Of a stretch of 48,284 nt of DNA, positions 37,912-48,023 are shown piece after piece. Source of the stretch: Alphaproteobacteria bacterium (lineage in GTDB: Bacteria; Pseudomonadota; Alphaproteobacteria; Rhizobiales; Aestuariivirgaceae); assembly GCA_028868255.1 (NCBI GenBank), contig JAGWUY010000001.1:1-48284 (forward strand), given 5' to 3'. Below the pieces are notes generated by a model. That model worked only from the letters and a program-made list of their open reading frames with translations. It made no database searches and was not told where the DNA came from. Within the stretch, counting starts at the first letter, position 1, and each line of letters starts with the position of its first letter. The position numbers and the translations under genes were made by a program.

Positions 37912-38833
37912 AATGTTCCTTGTATTGACGCACCACACGCAACGCGATCACGTTTAAGATCAAGGTCAGCACAAACAATGTAAGACCCAATGCAAAAGCC
38001 GAAAGTGTTTTGGCTGAGTCAAATTCCTGATCTCCCACCAACATGGCATTGATTTGCACTGTCACAGTGGTGACTGCAGCCAGCGGATTGATACTTAAAT
38101 TAGGTGCTAAGCCTGCTGCCATCACCACGATCATCGTTTCACCAATGGCACGCGAAATCGCCAAAATAAATGCCGAAACAATACCAGGAAAGGCTGCAGG
38201 TAAAACAACTTTACGAATAGTTTCAGATTGCGTAGCCCCCATGGCATAAGACCCATCGCGCATAGCCTGTGGTACAGCGTTAATGACATCATCTGACAAT
38301 GATGAAATGAGCGGCACAATCATCATACCCATAACGAGCCCTGCGGCCAGTGCAGACTCCGACGCAATCGTAAGCCCCACCTGCGCACCCATGGCGCGAA
38401 TAAACGGAGCAACCGTCAGTGCCGCAAAAAAACCAAGCACCACGGTGGGAATGCCAGCGAGAAGTTCAAGCAAAGGCTTGGCAAAAGCCCGCGCCCGCGG
38501 CGTTGCATATTCCGCCATATAGACGGCAGAAAGAATGCCAATGGGAGCTGCAACTGCAAGAGCAATAATGGTGATAAGCAATGTACCCACAATCAAAGGT
38601 ACGAATCCAAAACTGGGAATCGGCGAAGAAGGTGCCCACTCTGTGCCAAATAGAAAACTTTGAAGTGGCACTGCACTGAAAAAGCGGTAAGACTCAGACG
38701 CTACAGAAAGCACAATGCCCAACGTCGTCAAGACCGCAAAGAACGATGCCCCCAACATCAGTGAAAAAACAACAGGCTCCGTGTAATGCCGGAGCCGATA
38801 TTTCTTAGTCAGATTCAGGGACGTTGTCGTCAT
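37904..38833 (-). CDS. pstC: Phosphate ABC permease
   Basis: ELLAGIPTVV, SRAIGETMIV. Confidence 0.95.
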   Translation of the reverse strand: MTTTSLNLTKKYRLRHYTEPVVFSLMLGASFFAVLTTLGIVLSVASESYRFFSAVPLQSFLFGTEWAPSSPIPSFGFVPLIVGTLLITIIALAVAAPIGILSAVYMAEYATPRARAFAKPLLELLAGIPTVVLGFFAALTVAPFIRAMGAQVGLTIASESALAAGLVMGMMIVPLISSLSDDVINAVPQAMRDGSYAMGATQSETIRKVVLPAAFPGIVSAFILAISRAIGETMIVVMAAGLAPNLSINPLAAVTTVTVQINAMLVGDQEFDSAKTLSAFALGLTLFVLTLILNVIALRVVRQYKEHYA

Positions 38834-38866
38834 ATCTTGGTTTACCAGCCTGGTGAAAAACAGTTT

Positions 38867-38907
38867 ACAGGAGCAAACTTCGGTACATCCGCGAAATTCG
38901 CCCCTGC
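38867..38907 (-). terminator. Intercistronic hairpin after pstS (mRNA stabiliser or partial terminator)
   Basis: 16-bp stem GCAGGGGCGAATTTCG/CGAAGTTTGCTCCTGT, complete only with G-U pairs on the - strand. Confidence 0.7.
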
Positions 38908-38923
38908 TTCTTGACCAACAGAC

Positions 38924-39964
38924 TTACTTAAGCTTGTCCGCTGTGAGGGATGGAAGCGTTTTAGCCATTTCAAGCTGCGCTTTCAAATCAGCTTCTGGCA
39001 AAGGAATAAGACCTTTGTCTGCGAGATAGCCTTCACCCCCGATTGCCTTTTGTGACATATACTCGGCAACAAAACCTGCCATGTCAGGCATAGCCGTCAT
39101 GTGATCTTTCTTCACATAAACAAACAATGGGCGCGAAAGCTTATATGCGCCGCTCTGAATGCCTTCAACAGTTGGTGCTGCACCTTCAATGCTGGCCGCC
39201 TTAACTTTTTCAGAATTCAGCGCCACATTGGAATAACCAAATAGAGCAAATGTGTTCGGATCAGCAATCAGCTTCTGCGTGATCGCATTGTCATTTTCGC
39301 CGGCTTCCACAAATCCACCATCCGTACGCAGTGTTTTGAAAACAGCATCAAATGCTTTGGCGTCTTTTCCAGCCAATTCTTTCAACGAAGGATAGCTCAG
39401 AGCACCCGGATTCAAAACCAGATCTTCGATAGACGAACGTGTGCCAGATGTTGCGGGGTGGCTCATCACAACAATTTTAACCTTTGGCAAGGACGGATCA
39501 ATATCGCTCCACATCTTGTTCGGATTATCAATCAGCTTTCCATTCTTATCAGGAATTTGCTTGGCGAGCGCCTCGAAAAGCTGCTGCTTGTTTATCGAAA
39601 TTGCAGGGCCGCCTTTGGCATTCACCAAGGCCAAACCATCATAGCCAATGGTCAGTTCTGCAACATTCTTGACGCCATTCTTGGCGCAGGTTTCAAGTTC
39701 GGATTTCTTCATTTGGCGCGAGGCATCAGCAAAATCAGGCGTATCTTCACCAACACCAGCGCAGAACAATTTAATGCCAGGGCCGGAACCGTTGGCCTCA
39801 ACGACTGGAGTCTTCTTGCCGGTGGCTTTGCCAAAAGCTTCAGCAACTGTTGTTGTGAACGGATAAACAGTACCAGAACCCACAACGCGAATCTGGTCGC
39901 GAGCCAGAACAGGTGTTGCAGCCAGTGCAAGGGCAGAAACGGCCATTAGAAAACGTGTCATCAT
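38924..39964 (-). CDS. pstS: Phosphate-binding periplasmic protein
   Basis: Signal peptide; RDQIRVVGSGTVYP, SGTR, Y.LSRPLFVY. Confidence 0.95.
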   Translation of the reverse strand: MMTRFLMAVSALALAATPVLARDQIRVVGSGTVYPFTTTVAEAFGKATGKKTPVVEANGSGPGIKLFCAGVGEDTPDFADASRQMKKSELETCAKNGVKNVAELTIGYDGLALVNAKGGPAISINKQQLFEALAKQIPDKNGKLIDNPNKMWSDIDPSLPKVKIVVMSHPATSGTRSSIEDLVLNPGALSYPSLKELAGKDAKAFDAVFKTLRTDGGFVEAGENDNAITQKLIADPNTFALFGYSNVALNSEKVKAASIEGAAPTVEGIQSGAYKLSRPLFVYVKKDHMTAMPDMAGFVAEYMSQKAIGGEGYLADKGLIPLPEADLKAQLEMAKTLPSLTADKLK

Positions 39965-40017
39965 CAATTCTCCATTTGTTTGACCAGCGGCTTTTACGAA
40001 TTACGTGTGAGCCTTTT

Positions 40018-40046
40018 GCAACATTTGAACGACATTATTATGACAA
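40018..40046 (-). promoter_or_regulatory. Pho box array upstream of pstS
   Basis: 11-bp-periodic half-sites TTGTCAT-AATA-ATGTCGT-TCAA-ATGTTGC. Confidence 0.75.
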
Positions 40047-40053
40047 CTCAAAC

Positions 40054-41070
40054 CTATGATTTTGAATGAGGAATTGAAATGGAAAAGGTGCTGCCAGCAC
40101 CTTCTTTTGATTGAATATCAAACCGGCCTCGGTGTCGCTGCACGATGTGTTTGACAATCGCAAGCCCAAGCCCAGTGCCGCCGCGCGTGCGGCTTTCCTG
40201 AGTGCTGACACGGTAAAATCGCTCAGTCAGGCGGGGCAAATGAATTTCGGCAATGCCGCGCCCATAGTCACGCACGCTGAGTACACCTTGCGCGCCTTGT
40301 GTGTGGCATTCAATTTCAATGCGCCCGCCTGAACTGCCATACTTAATCGCATTCTCAATCAAATTTTGTGCAACTTGCAAAAGCTCTTCCGCATCACCCG
40401 CCACGCGCTGGGTGTCGTGTGCATGAAGGGTGATGACCACACCGGCTTTCTCCGCCGCATCCGCCAAATTCACTTTCGCCTGCCGTGCCACATCAACCAA
40501 CAGAACTTGCGCACTTGGCCGCACATGCTCGTTGAGTTCAATGCGGCTCAACGTCAAAAGATCATCAATCAGGCGCTTCATGCGTCGCGCTTGCACTAAC
40601 ATTGTGCCCAAGAATTTTTCGCGCGCCACGTCGTCATGTTTTGCAGCTCCCTGCAATGTTTCCACAAAGCCGATAATGGAGGTGAGCGGCGTGCGCATCT
40701 CATGTGACGCGTTAGCGACAAAATCAGAGCGCATTTTTTCAATCGCTTGTTCGCGTGTAAAATCACGCAAGAGTATCAAAATATCGCCTGTGTCCTTGAG
40801 TGGCGAAATTTGAATTTGGACTTGCCGCACTGGCTGGCCACGAAATTCCGTGTCAACAGAAATAAGCGTTTGCGTTTGGCGGGCTTGCGCCACCGCCTGA
40901 GCAAAAGCCGGCGTGCGCACCACCGAAAATACAGGAAGCCCCACAGGGTCAATCTGTAACATATCACAAGCCAGCATATTGGCTGCAATCACTTGCCCCC
41001 GAAGATTGACCATCAACGCCCCATCCGGCAATGCACGAAGAAGAACAGTTGCATCAATGGTACTGGTCAT
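40054..41070 (-). CDS. phoR: Phosphate regulon sensor kinase (PAS-HisKA-HATPase), no TM segments
   Basis: DFVANASHEMRTPL, NLIENAIKY, RLTERFYRV, GTGLGLAIVKH. Confidence 0.9.
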   Translation of the reverse strand: MTSTIDATVLLRALPDGALMVNLRGQVIAANMLACDMLQIDPVGLPVFSVVRTPAFAQAVAQARQTQTLISVDTEFRGQPVRQVQIQISPLKDTGDILILLRDFTREQAIEKMRSDFVANASHEMRTPLTSIIGFVETLQGAAKHDDVAREKFLGTMLVQARRMKRLIDDLLTLSRIELNEHVRPSAQVLLVDVARQAKVNLADAAEKAGVVITLHAHDTQRVAGDAEELLQVAQNLIENAIKYGSSGGRIEIECHTQGAQGVLSVRDYGRGIAEIHLPRLTERFYRVSTQESRTRGGTGLGLAIVKHIVQRHRGRFDIQSKEGAGSTFSISIPHSKS

Positions 41071-41231
41071 TTGTTTTCATTCCGGCGCATTTGCAGGGGG
41101 ATAGACAAAGTACATTTCATCTGGAACACACGGTGAAAGCAAGTGGCAGTTAACGCACAATAAATTCCTTGGGTGTGACATCCAGCACAGCGCGCCAGCA
41201 GCCCTGATCCAGACTATTAGGCAATCAAAGA

Positions 41232-42107
41232 CTACGGTTTTGTGACAATTGGGATACGAGGGTTTTCGTCGCGCTGCAATTTGGCTGCAAGGCCCACAGC
41301 AAGCGCCTGCGCCAAACACATGGGTGCGGCCAGTGACCTAGAAAATGTGTATTCATGCTCCGGCACCGCGAAAAAAACATCGGCATTCTTGGCCAACGGG
41401 GAAAGTGTAGAATCTGTGATGGAAATAATTGGAATTTTTTTGGCAGACGTTCGCTCTACGATATTGACCACCTCGGTGGCGTAAAAACGAAACGCCACGG
41501 CAAACAAAAGATCACCTTTGCGGATAACATCTGCCATGTGCGTGGCTAAGCCTCCGCTGGCATCCAGCAGCACCGTGCGCTTGCCCAGCATGGTCAGAAT
41601 ATAGCGCAACAATTCAACAATAGGTGCAGAGCGCAACTGCCCCGTCAGATAAATCGTATCTGCTTTCTCGAGCAAGATAACAGCCCGCTCCAGCTGTTGT
41701 GAATCAATCCCACTCATCAAGTCCTGAAGAGAAGCAATATCACGCAATACCAATTCGTTCAGGAATGTTTGCGTCGGCGTATCGCCCTTGTTGGAAAGTT
41801 CCGTTCGCAAAGCCTTGACGCGGGCATCAAAACCAGGTGCCGCCGTGGTCAAGCGTTTTTGAAACACGGCCTGCAAGTCTTTAAACCCGTTATAACCCAA
41901 TGACTGTGCAAACCGGACGAAGCTGGATGCATGAATACCGCACACTTCAGCAATCGCATTCAAAGATTTAACCGCCACGTCATTCGGGTTTTGCGTCAGA
42001 TAAACCGCAATTTGCTGTGATCCTTTGCTCATCCCATCATAGCCCTCGTGGATCAGACGAATTAGATCTTCATAATCCTTCTCCTTGAGTAGCAAGTCTT
42101 TGACCAC
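41232..42107 (-). CDS. MurR/RpiR family regulator
   Basis: HTH S.FVRFAQSLGY.GFKDLQ plus SIS domain ITDS..SPL. Confidence 0.9.
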   Translation of the reverse strand: MVKDLLLKEKDYEDLIRLIHEGYDGMSKGSQQIAVYLTQNPNDVAVKSLNAIAEVCGIHASSFVRFAQSLGYNGFKDLQAVFQKRLTTAAPGFDARVKALRTELSNKGDTPTQTFLNELVLRDIASLQDLMSGIDSQQLERAVILLEKADTIYLTGQLRSAPIVELLRYILTMLGKRTVLLDASGGLATHMADVIRKGDLLFAVAFRFYATEVVNIVERTSAKKIPIISITDSTLSPLAKNADVFFAVPEHEYTFSRSLAAPMCLAQALAVGLAAKLQRDENPRIPIVTKP

Positions 42108-42238
42108 ATCGAGCTCCGCAAAATTTTATGACTTATAGCGATCTCGGCACGGTTTGCACCAGTGCAATGTTCAATGTGGCTTTCTCACGAGACACGACTA
42201 GGCTTCTTGATAGACAAGACAATTCGTGTTCCATTAAA

Positions 42239-43129
42239 TCACGCCGCTTGTTTCATAGCTCCAGGACCAGGGGTTGCAGCTTTAGGGCATTTTCCTGCAA
42301 TGATCATGCCGAGCACATCATCATGCGTGACATCACTGGTGCGCGCTGAACCAACTACTTTGCCGTTTTTCATCACCACAAGCCGATCAGCGAGATCAAA
42401 CACATCATGTAGATCGTGGCTGATGAGAAAAATGCCGATGCCTTCGGCTTTCAATTGCTTGATCAACTCGCCCACCTGCGCCGTTTCTTGCGGCCCAAGT
42501 GCGGCGGTGGGTTCATCCATAATCAGAATGCGGGCGTTGAAATGAATGGCACGGGCGATTGCCACCGATTGGCGCTGACCACCTGACAGTTTCGAAACGG
42601 GTTCTTTGAAACGGCGAAAGTTTGGGTTCAACCGGTGCATCACCTTGCGGGTTTCAGCTTCCATGGCCACATCGTCCAAGGTTCCTATCGCGGTTTTGAT
42701 TTCGCGCCCAAGAAAGAGGTTGGCAGCAGCATCCACATTGTCGGCCAAAGCCAGTGTTTGATAAATTGTCTCGATGCCTTGTGCTTTTGCATCACGCGGG
42801 TTGGCAATTACCACGTCCTGACCAGCAACTAAAATCCGGCCATGATCACGTTTGTACGCGCCCGACAATATCTTAATCAAAGTGGATTTGCCTGCACCAT
42901 TGTGGCCGAGAAGCCCCACAACTTCACCTGGAAACAAGTCAATTGATGCATGATCAACAGCCTTGATGCCGCCAAAAGCGATAGAAATGTCTCGCATTTC
43001 CACAAGCGGCGTTCCGCTCACTGCAACATTTGCCTGCTCAAGCTTTACTTCCACCGTTGATTTTGCTGCCAGCACGACGGGTTTTTGCGTCGCAGTTTTG
43101 GCAGGCGATTTCTTAATTGCTTTTGCCAT
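42239..43129 (-). CDS. Sugar ABC transporter ATPase (XylG-like, single domain)
   Basis: [25 protein letters not shown]. Confidence 0.92.
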   Translation of the reverse strand: MAKAIKKSPAKTATQKPVVLAAKSTVEVKLEQANVAVSGTPLVEMRDISIAFGGIKAVDHASIDLFPGEVVGLLGHNGAGKSTLIKILSGAYKRDHGRILVAGQDVVIANPRDAKAQGIETIYQTLALADNVDAAANLFLGREIKTAIGTLDDVAMEAETRKVMHRLNPNFRRFKEPVSKLSGGQRQSVAIARAIHFNARILIMDEPTAALGPQETAQVGELIKQLKAEGIGIFLISHDLHDVFDLADRLVVMKNGKVVGSARTSDVTHDDVLGMIIAGKCPKAATPGPGAMKQAA

Positions 43130-43142
43130 AAAGTTGTCTCCC

Positions 43143-44465
43143 TTACTTTGCGTTCCGGCGATAGATGTAGTCAAGCCACACAGCAAATGAGAGCACAACG
43201 GCCAGCGTCATATTCAGCACCGGCGTATCAAAGCCGAGCAATGTCATGCCCGTTTGAATGGATTGCATGATGAGTGCGCCAAAGAATGCCCCAAAAATTG
43301 TTCCAACGCCGCCCGACAGTGAAGTGCCGCCAATGACAGCGGCTGCGATCACGTAAAGTTCGTCAGTTGTGCCCAGCGCAATGGCCGCAGCATTCAGGCG
43401 CGCGGTGGCAATGATGGCGGAAATTGCGCACAGCAAACCCATAATTGTATAGGCCGCGATCGTGATTTTTTTGGTGTTGATACCCGCCAATTCAGCCGCT
43501 TCCGGGTTTCCCCCTATTGCATAAATATAGCGGCCCAGGGGCGCACGAGTGGCAATAAATGTCATAATCAAGCCTACGGCACCCGCAATCAAGACAGGAA
43601 TGGCAAAGCCATGCGAGATAAACAGACCTTCGGGTGGCACTTGGATATTACGGGCAGCAACATATTGGGCGATGATGCCTTTGGGCCAATAATAAATGTT
43701 GACCAACCATACAGTCGCCAACACGATAACACATAAAATAGCACCAACTGTTGCTTCAGCCCACATCGGTCTTACAGGAAAGTTGAACTTGTGGCGCTGT
43801 GCGCGGCCCGAATGCAGGCTCCAAACAATGCCTAAGCAGGCCAGTATACCAACGACCCAACTCCAAAATGAACCAATCGCCCCATAAGGCCCGCCACCGA
43901 TCAGCGCATAAACGGGATCCATCGGCGCAATGGTTTCACCCGAAGCAACTTTAAAGGCAGCGCCGCGCCAAAACAAAAGCCCACTGAGCGTTACGATGAA
44001 AGATGGAATCCCGGAATAAGCAACGATCGTGCCATGCAAAAAACCAATAAGAGCACCAAGGATCAGGCCAATCGCCGTCGCAATCACCCAAATCCATGTG
44101 CTGCCAAACTCAAAGTATTGCGGCAAGCCATAGACTTGAAGCCAAGCCATCACGACCGCAATAAACCCTAGAACTGAACCGACGGAAAGATCAATTTGCC
44201 GCATGACGATGATCATCACCATGCCCGAAGCCATAATGGAAATAGATGCGGTTTGCGTGAGCAAATTCCACAGGTTGCGGGGTGTCAGAAACAGGGCTTG
44301 GCCCGTAAAGAACGGACCCGCCAAATGAAAGCCAACCCAAATAAAGAGCAGAGCAATCACCATGCCGACCACACGACTGTCAATTTCTGTAGCCCGCAAG
44401 AAGTGCTTCACTGGGCCCTCTCGTTCAAATGTAGCTGCGCTGTGATACAAATCTGGTGTTGACAC
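43143..44465 (-). CDS. Sugar ABC transporter permease (XylH-like)
   Basis: [42 protein letters not shown]. Confidence 0.92.
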   Translation of the reverse strand: MSTPDLYHSAATFEREGPVKHFLRATEIDSRVVGMVIALLFIWVGFHLAGPFFTGQALFLTPRNLWNLLTQTASISIMASGMVMIIVMRQIDLSVGSVLGFIAVVMAWLQVYGLPQYFEFGSTWIWVIATAIGLILGALIGFLHGTIVAYSGIPSFIVTLSGLLFWRGAAFKVASGETIAPMDPVYALIGGGPYGAIGSFWSWVVGILACLGIVWSLHSGRAQRHKFNFPVRPMWAEATVGAILCVIVLATVWLVNIYYWPKGIIAQYVAARNIQVPPEGLFISHGFAIPVLIAGAVGLIMTFIATRAPLGRYIYAIGGNPEAAELAGINTKKITIAAYTIMGLLCAISAIIATARLNAAAIALGTTDELYVIAAAVIGGTSLSGGVGTIFGAFFGALIMQSIQTGMTLLGFDTPVLNMTLAVVLSFAVWLDYIYRRNAK

Positions 44466-44582
44466 TTTCCCTCTCCCTTAATTCAACACGGGTTTGATCC
44501 CGCGCTTGTTTTTTAGTGGGCTGCGCCTCAATTGGAGGAAAGTAGCGCAGCCCGCGCTTGCAAATTTAAAATGGGCTAAAAG

Positions 44583-45629
44583 TTATTTGCAAGCAGCAAC
44601 TTTTGCAGGGTCAGCACCAGCGCATGCCTTTTCCTTGCTGATCCAACCGGCTTTGATCACATCCCCAAGATTTTCAGTGGTGACCGCAACTGGGGCAATG
44701 AGAATGGCTGACATTTCAACTTTCTTTGCGCCATCTTTAAAGGTCTTGCCTTCAGCCATCTCAGATACCTTCTTACCATCGGCCAAAGCATTGGCGGCTT
44801 CACCAGCAACCTTGCCCAATACGCGGCTGTCTTTCCAAACTGAAACCAGCTGAGTGCCCAAAGCAACGCGGTTCAGAGCAGCGAGATCGCCGTCTTGACC
44901 TGTCACAGGAACGGAGCCAGCCATGCCCTGTGCTGTCAACGCAGCCACCACGCCTGACGCCATGCCGTCGTTTTCAGACATAACGGCATCAACCTTGTTG
45001 CCGGTCTTGGTGAGGCACTGTTCCATGTTCTTCTGCGCATTGTCTGGCTTCCAGTTGTCTGTGAAGGTTTCACAGACATTCTTGATCTTGCCGGAATCGA
45101 TCAATGGTTTCAGTGTTTCCATCATGCCGTTATAGAGGAATGTAGCATTTGGATCGCCTGGGTCACCCTCGATGAAAGCGAAGTTGCCTTCCTTCTTGCC
45201 CTTTTCAACCATGGTCTTGCCCATCAGACGGCCAACGCCCACATTGTCGAAAGTGATGTAGAGCAAGTTGGGGTCTTCAATCTGGCGGTCATAGGCAATC
45301 ACAGGAATGCCTTCAGCCGCGGCTTTGGCCAAAGCTGGCTTGATGGCTTCACCATCCTGAGCGAAGATCAAGATCGCATTGGCACCTTGAGCAATCAATG
45401 ACTCAACGTCAGCCAACTGCTTTTGCGCCGATTGCTGAGCATCAGCAAAAATATACTTGTTGCCAGCAGCTTCGATAGCGCCCTTGATGGCGGCTTCATC
45501 GGTCTTCCAGCGTTCTTCCTGCTTGGTGCCCCAAGAAACAGCAATAACCTTGTCTTTAGCTATTGCTGTGCTGGCAAAACCAGCCACCAGAATGGTTGAG
45601 GCCATCATGGCCAATAGTGTACGTTTCAT
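44583..45629 (-). CDS. xylF: Sugar ABC substrate-binding protein (XylF-like)
   Basis: Signal peptide; QEERWKTDE, AYDR, TFDN..VG, NDG, GQD. Confidence 0.75.
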   Translation of the reverse strand: MKRTLLAMMASTILVAGFASTAIAKDKVIAVSWGTKQEERWKTDEAAIKGAIEAAGNKYIFADAQQSAQKQLADVESLIAQGANAILIFAQDGEAIKPALAKAAAEGIPVIAYDRQIEDPNLLYITFDNVGVGRLMGKTMVEKGKKEGNFAFIEGDPGDPNATFLYNGMMETLKPLIDSGKIKNVCETFTDNWKPDNAQKNMEQCLTKTGNKVDAVMSENDGMASGVVAALTAQGMAGSVPVTGQDGDLAALNRVALGTQLVSVWKDSRVLGKVAGEAANALADGKKVSEMAEGKTFKDGAKKVEMSAILIAPVAVTTENLGDVIKAGWISKEKACAGADPAKVAACK

Positions 45630-45746
45630 CCAGTTCACTCCCTAAACTTTGATCCCTCGAGGATCATTATGCGGTCTAACGCCCGACCGCGGGCAAGAAC
45701 GGCAGCAACTGCCGTTAATCTCGCTATAACAGGGCGTGATGACATC

Positions 45747-46562
45747 TCAGTACCCCTTCGACCCTGAAGAGACGTGATCGCCATTTGCCCCCAAAGCTTG
45801 TCTCACACTTGCCACACTTTGCGCAGCAGCACCTGCCAACAGGCGCACATCATTTGAAATGGTCACCAGATCAAAACCCCAGCCAATGGCTTTGGCGGCA
45901 TAAGTGGGCGAGCCGCAATGCAACGCCGCCTTGATGCCAGCCTTGTGTGCAGCCTTGAGAATTTTCTGAATGGCTTCCACCATCTCAGGTTCTTCCCGGT
46001 CAAAACCCGTGGGATATTTGCGCCCCGTAAGGCCAAGTGTGAGATCAGCAGGGCCAATATAAACACCATCCAAACCAGGTGTTGAAACAATGGCATCCAG
46101 ATTGTTCATCGCCTCAGCGGTTTCGATCATCGCCAGCGCCACCACATGCGCATTGGCATGAACGCCGTAATCAGCGCCTTGAGAAAATGTAACGCGCGTG
46201 GGTCCGAAGGAGCGCACACCGTCTGGCGGGTAACGCATGTAAGAGACAAAGCGTTCAGCATCGGCGCGGGTGTTGACCATCGGGCAAATGATGCCCATGG
46301 CACCAGCATCCAGCGCTTTCATCACATCTGCGGGGTCAAGCCAAGGCACACGCACCATGGGGGTAACGCCGCTCGCGCGCATCGCCTGCAACATTGCTGT
46401 GGCACTGTCATAACCCACAAAGCCATGCTGGAGATCAATAGTCAGGCTGTCATAGCCTTGCCCCGCCATGATTTCAGCAACGAAGCTGGACGATGTTGAA
46501 AGCCAGCCATTGATCACCGGCTTTTTTTCATTCCACAGCGTGCGCAGTTTGGAGGTTTGCAT
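45747..46562 (-). CDS. HpcH/HpaI aldolase family protein
   Basis: IDLQHG, KALDAGA.GIICPM, AMIET, YIGPADL. Confidence 0.9.
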   Translation of the reverse strand: MQTSKLRTLWNEKKPVINGWLSTSSSFVAEIMAGQGYDSLTIDLQHGFVGYDSATAMLQAMRASGVTPMVRVPWLDPADVMKALDAGAMGIICPMVNTRADAERFVSYMRYPPDGVRSFGPTRVTFSQGADYGVHANAHVVALAMIETAEAMNNLDAIVSTPGLDGVYIGPADLTLGLTGRKYPTGFDREEPEMVEAIQKILKAAHKAGIKAALHCGSPTYAAKAIGWGFDLVTISNDVRLLAGAAAQSVASVRQALGANGDHVSSGSKGY

Positions 46563-46565
46563 GAG

Positions 46566-48023
46566 CTAGACCGTCATCTGGGTGAGTTTGACATTGAGGT
46601 AATCATGGATGCCTTCGCTGCCACCCTCGCGGCCCATGCCAGAAGCTTTAATGCCGCCAAAGGGCACCTCAGCTGCGGCCAGCGCAAAGCTGTTGATGCC
46701 CACCATGCCCGCCTGCAAACGGTGCGCGGCTTCGCGCATCCGCTTGGGGCTTGAGGTGAAGGCATAGGCCGAAAGGCCAAGCTCAGTCGCATTGGCGCGG
46801 GTGTAAACCTCTTCATCTGAAACAAAGGGCGTGATGGCGGCAATAGGCCCAAAGTTTTCCTCAGCAATGGCTTTGGCATCATCTGGCAAACCTGTGATCA
46901 CCGTAGGTTCATAGAAAAAGCCTGTGTTCTGGCCGTCCGGACGTTTGCCACCGGCGACGATTTTACCACCGCGCTTCACCGCATCCGCAACAATGGCCTC
47001 AATCGCGTCAATCCGGCGCTGGTTGATCAGCGGCCCCATTTGCGAGGCATCATCCAAACCATGGCCAAGCTTCAGAGCCTTGGTGCGCGCGGCAAAGCCG
47101 GCGGTAAATCGATCATGCAGGCTCTCATGCACATAGAAACGGTCACCCGTCACGCACACTTGCCCCGCATTGGCAAATTTCACAGCAACACAAATGTCGA
47201 GCGTCTTTTCCAGGTCAGCATCATCGAAAACAACCACGGGGGCATTGCCACCCAGTTCCATCGACACGCGCTTCAAGGTGGCAGCACTATCACGGATCAT
47301 TTGTTGACCCACGGCTGTTGACCCGGTGAGCGAGATTTTGCGCACCAACGCCGAATCCATAATCGGTTTATAGGTTGTTTCCGTGGGGCCAATCACCAGA
47401 TTGACCACACCTTTGGGAAGCCCCGCCTCGGCCAAACAATCCACCAGCAGCATGGCCGTTCCGGGCACTTCACGAGAAGGCCGGATCAGCACGGTGCAAC
47501 CAGCAGCAAGCGCCGGAGCCACCTTGCGCGCAATCAACACAGCGGGAAAATTCCAAGCGGTAAAGGCGGCCACCACACCCACAGGCGCGTGATGCACTTC
47601 AATGCGCCCACCCGGCGCACGGCTTTCAACAATGCGCCCATAGATACGGCGCGCTTCTTCTGCCGCCCAGCGGAACTGATCAACTGAGAGCTGCCATTCC
47701 CGCCGCGCCTGCGCAATAGGTTTGCCCGTCTCCAGCGTCATGGTTCGGGCCACCTCTTCGCTGCGCGCCGCCATGACATCAGCACATTTGTGCATAAGAT
47801 CAGCGCGCGACCAAGCGGCAAGATGGCTCCACGCACCAAAGGCTTTATCTGCAGCAGCAATGGCCCCATTCACATCTGCCACAGTGGCGATGGGCGCTGT
47901 GCCAAGCTGTTCACCCGTTGCCGGGTCAACCACCGGCAATGTGCTGCTTGTGGATTGCGTGATCCATACACCATCAATGAAAAGGCCGAATTTGCTATAA
48001 TCCATGCGGGAATTTTGACTCAT
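46566..48023 (-). CDS. NAD-dependent aldehyde dehydrogenase (SSADH/KGSADH-like)
   Basis: WNFP, TGST.VG, MELGGNAP, NAGQVC, EENFGP, PFGG.K.SG.GREG. Confidence 0.92.
   Translation of the reverse strand: MSQNSRMDYSKFGLFIDGVWITQSTSSTLPVVDPATGEQLGTAPIATVADVNGAIAAADKAFGAWSHLAAWSRADLMHKCADVMAARSEEVARTMTLETGKPIAQARREWQLSVDQFRWAAEEARRIYGRIVESRAPGGRIEVHHAPVGVVAAFTAWNFPAVLIARKVAPALAAGCTVLIRPSREVPGTAMLLVDCLAEAGLPKGVVNLVIGPTETTYKPIMDSALVRKISLTGSTAVGQQMIRDSAATLKRVSMELGGNAPVVVFDDADLEKTLDICVAVKFANAGQVCVTGDRFYVHESLHDRFTAGFAARTKALKLGHGLDDASQMGPLINQRRIDAIEAIVADAVKRGGKIVAGGKRPDGQNTGFFYEPTVITGLPDDAKAIAEENFGPIAAITPFVSDEEVYTRANATELGLSAYAFTSSPKRMREAAHRLQAGMVGINSFALAAAEVPFGGIKASGMGREGGSEGIHDYLNVKLTQMTV

Noticed and set aside
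42210-42240. IolR-type GGAA-N6-TTCC operator upstream of rpiR
   Set aside because: Only one half-site matches (GGAACACGAATTGT)
45747-48023. HpcH aldolase and ALDH as the last steps of the hpa pathway
   Set aside because: They lie 12 kb from hpaBC inside a sugar-uptake operon and both families are broad; possible but unsupported
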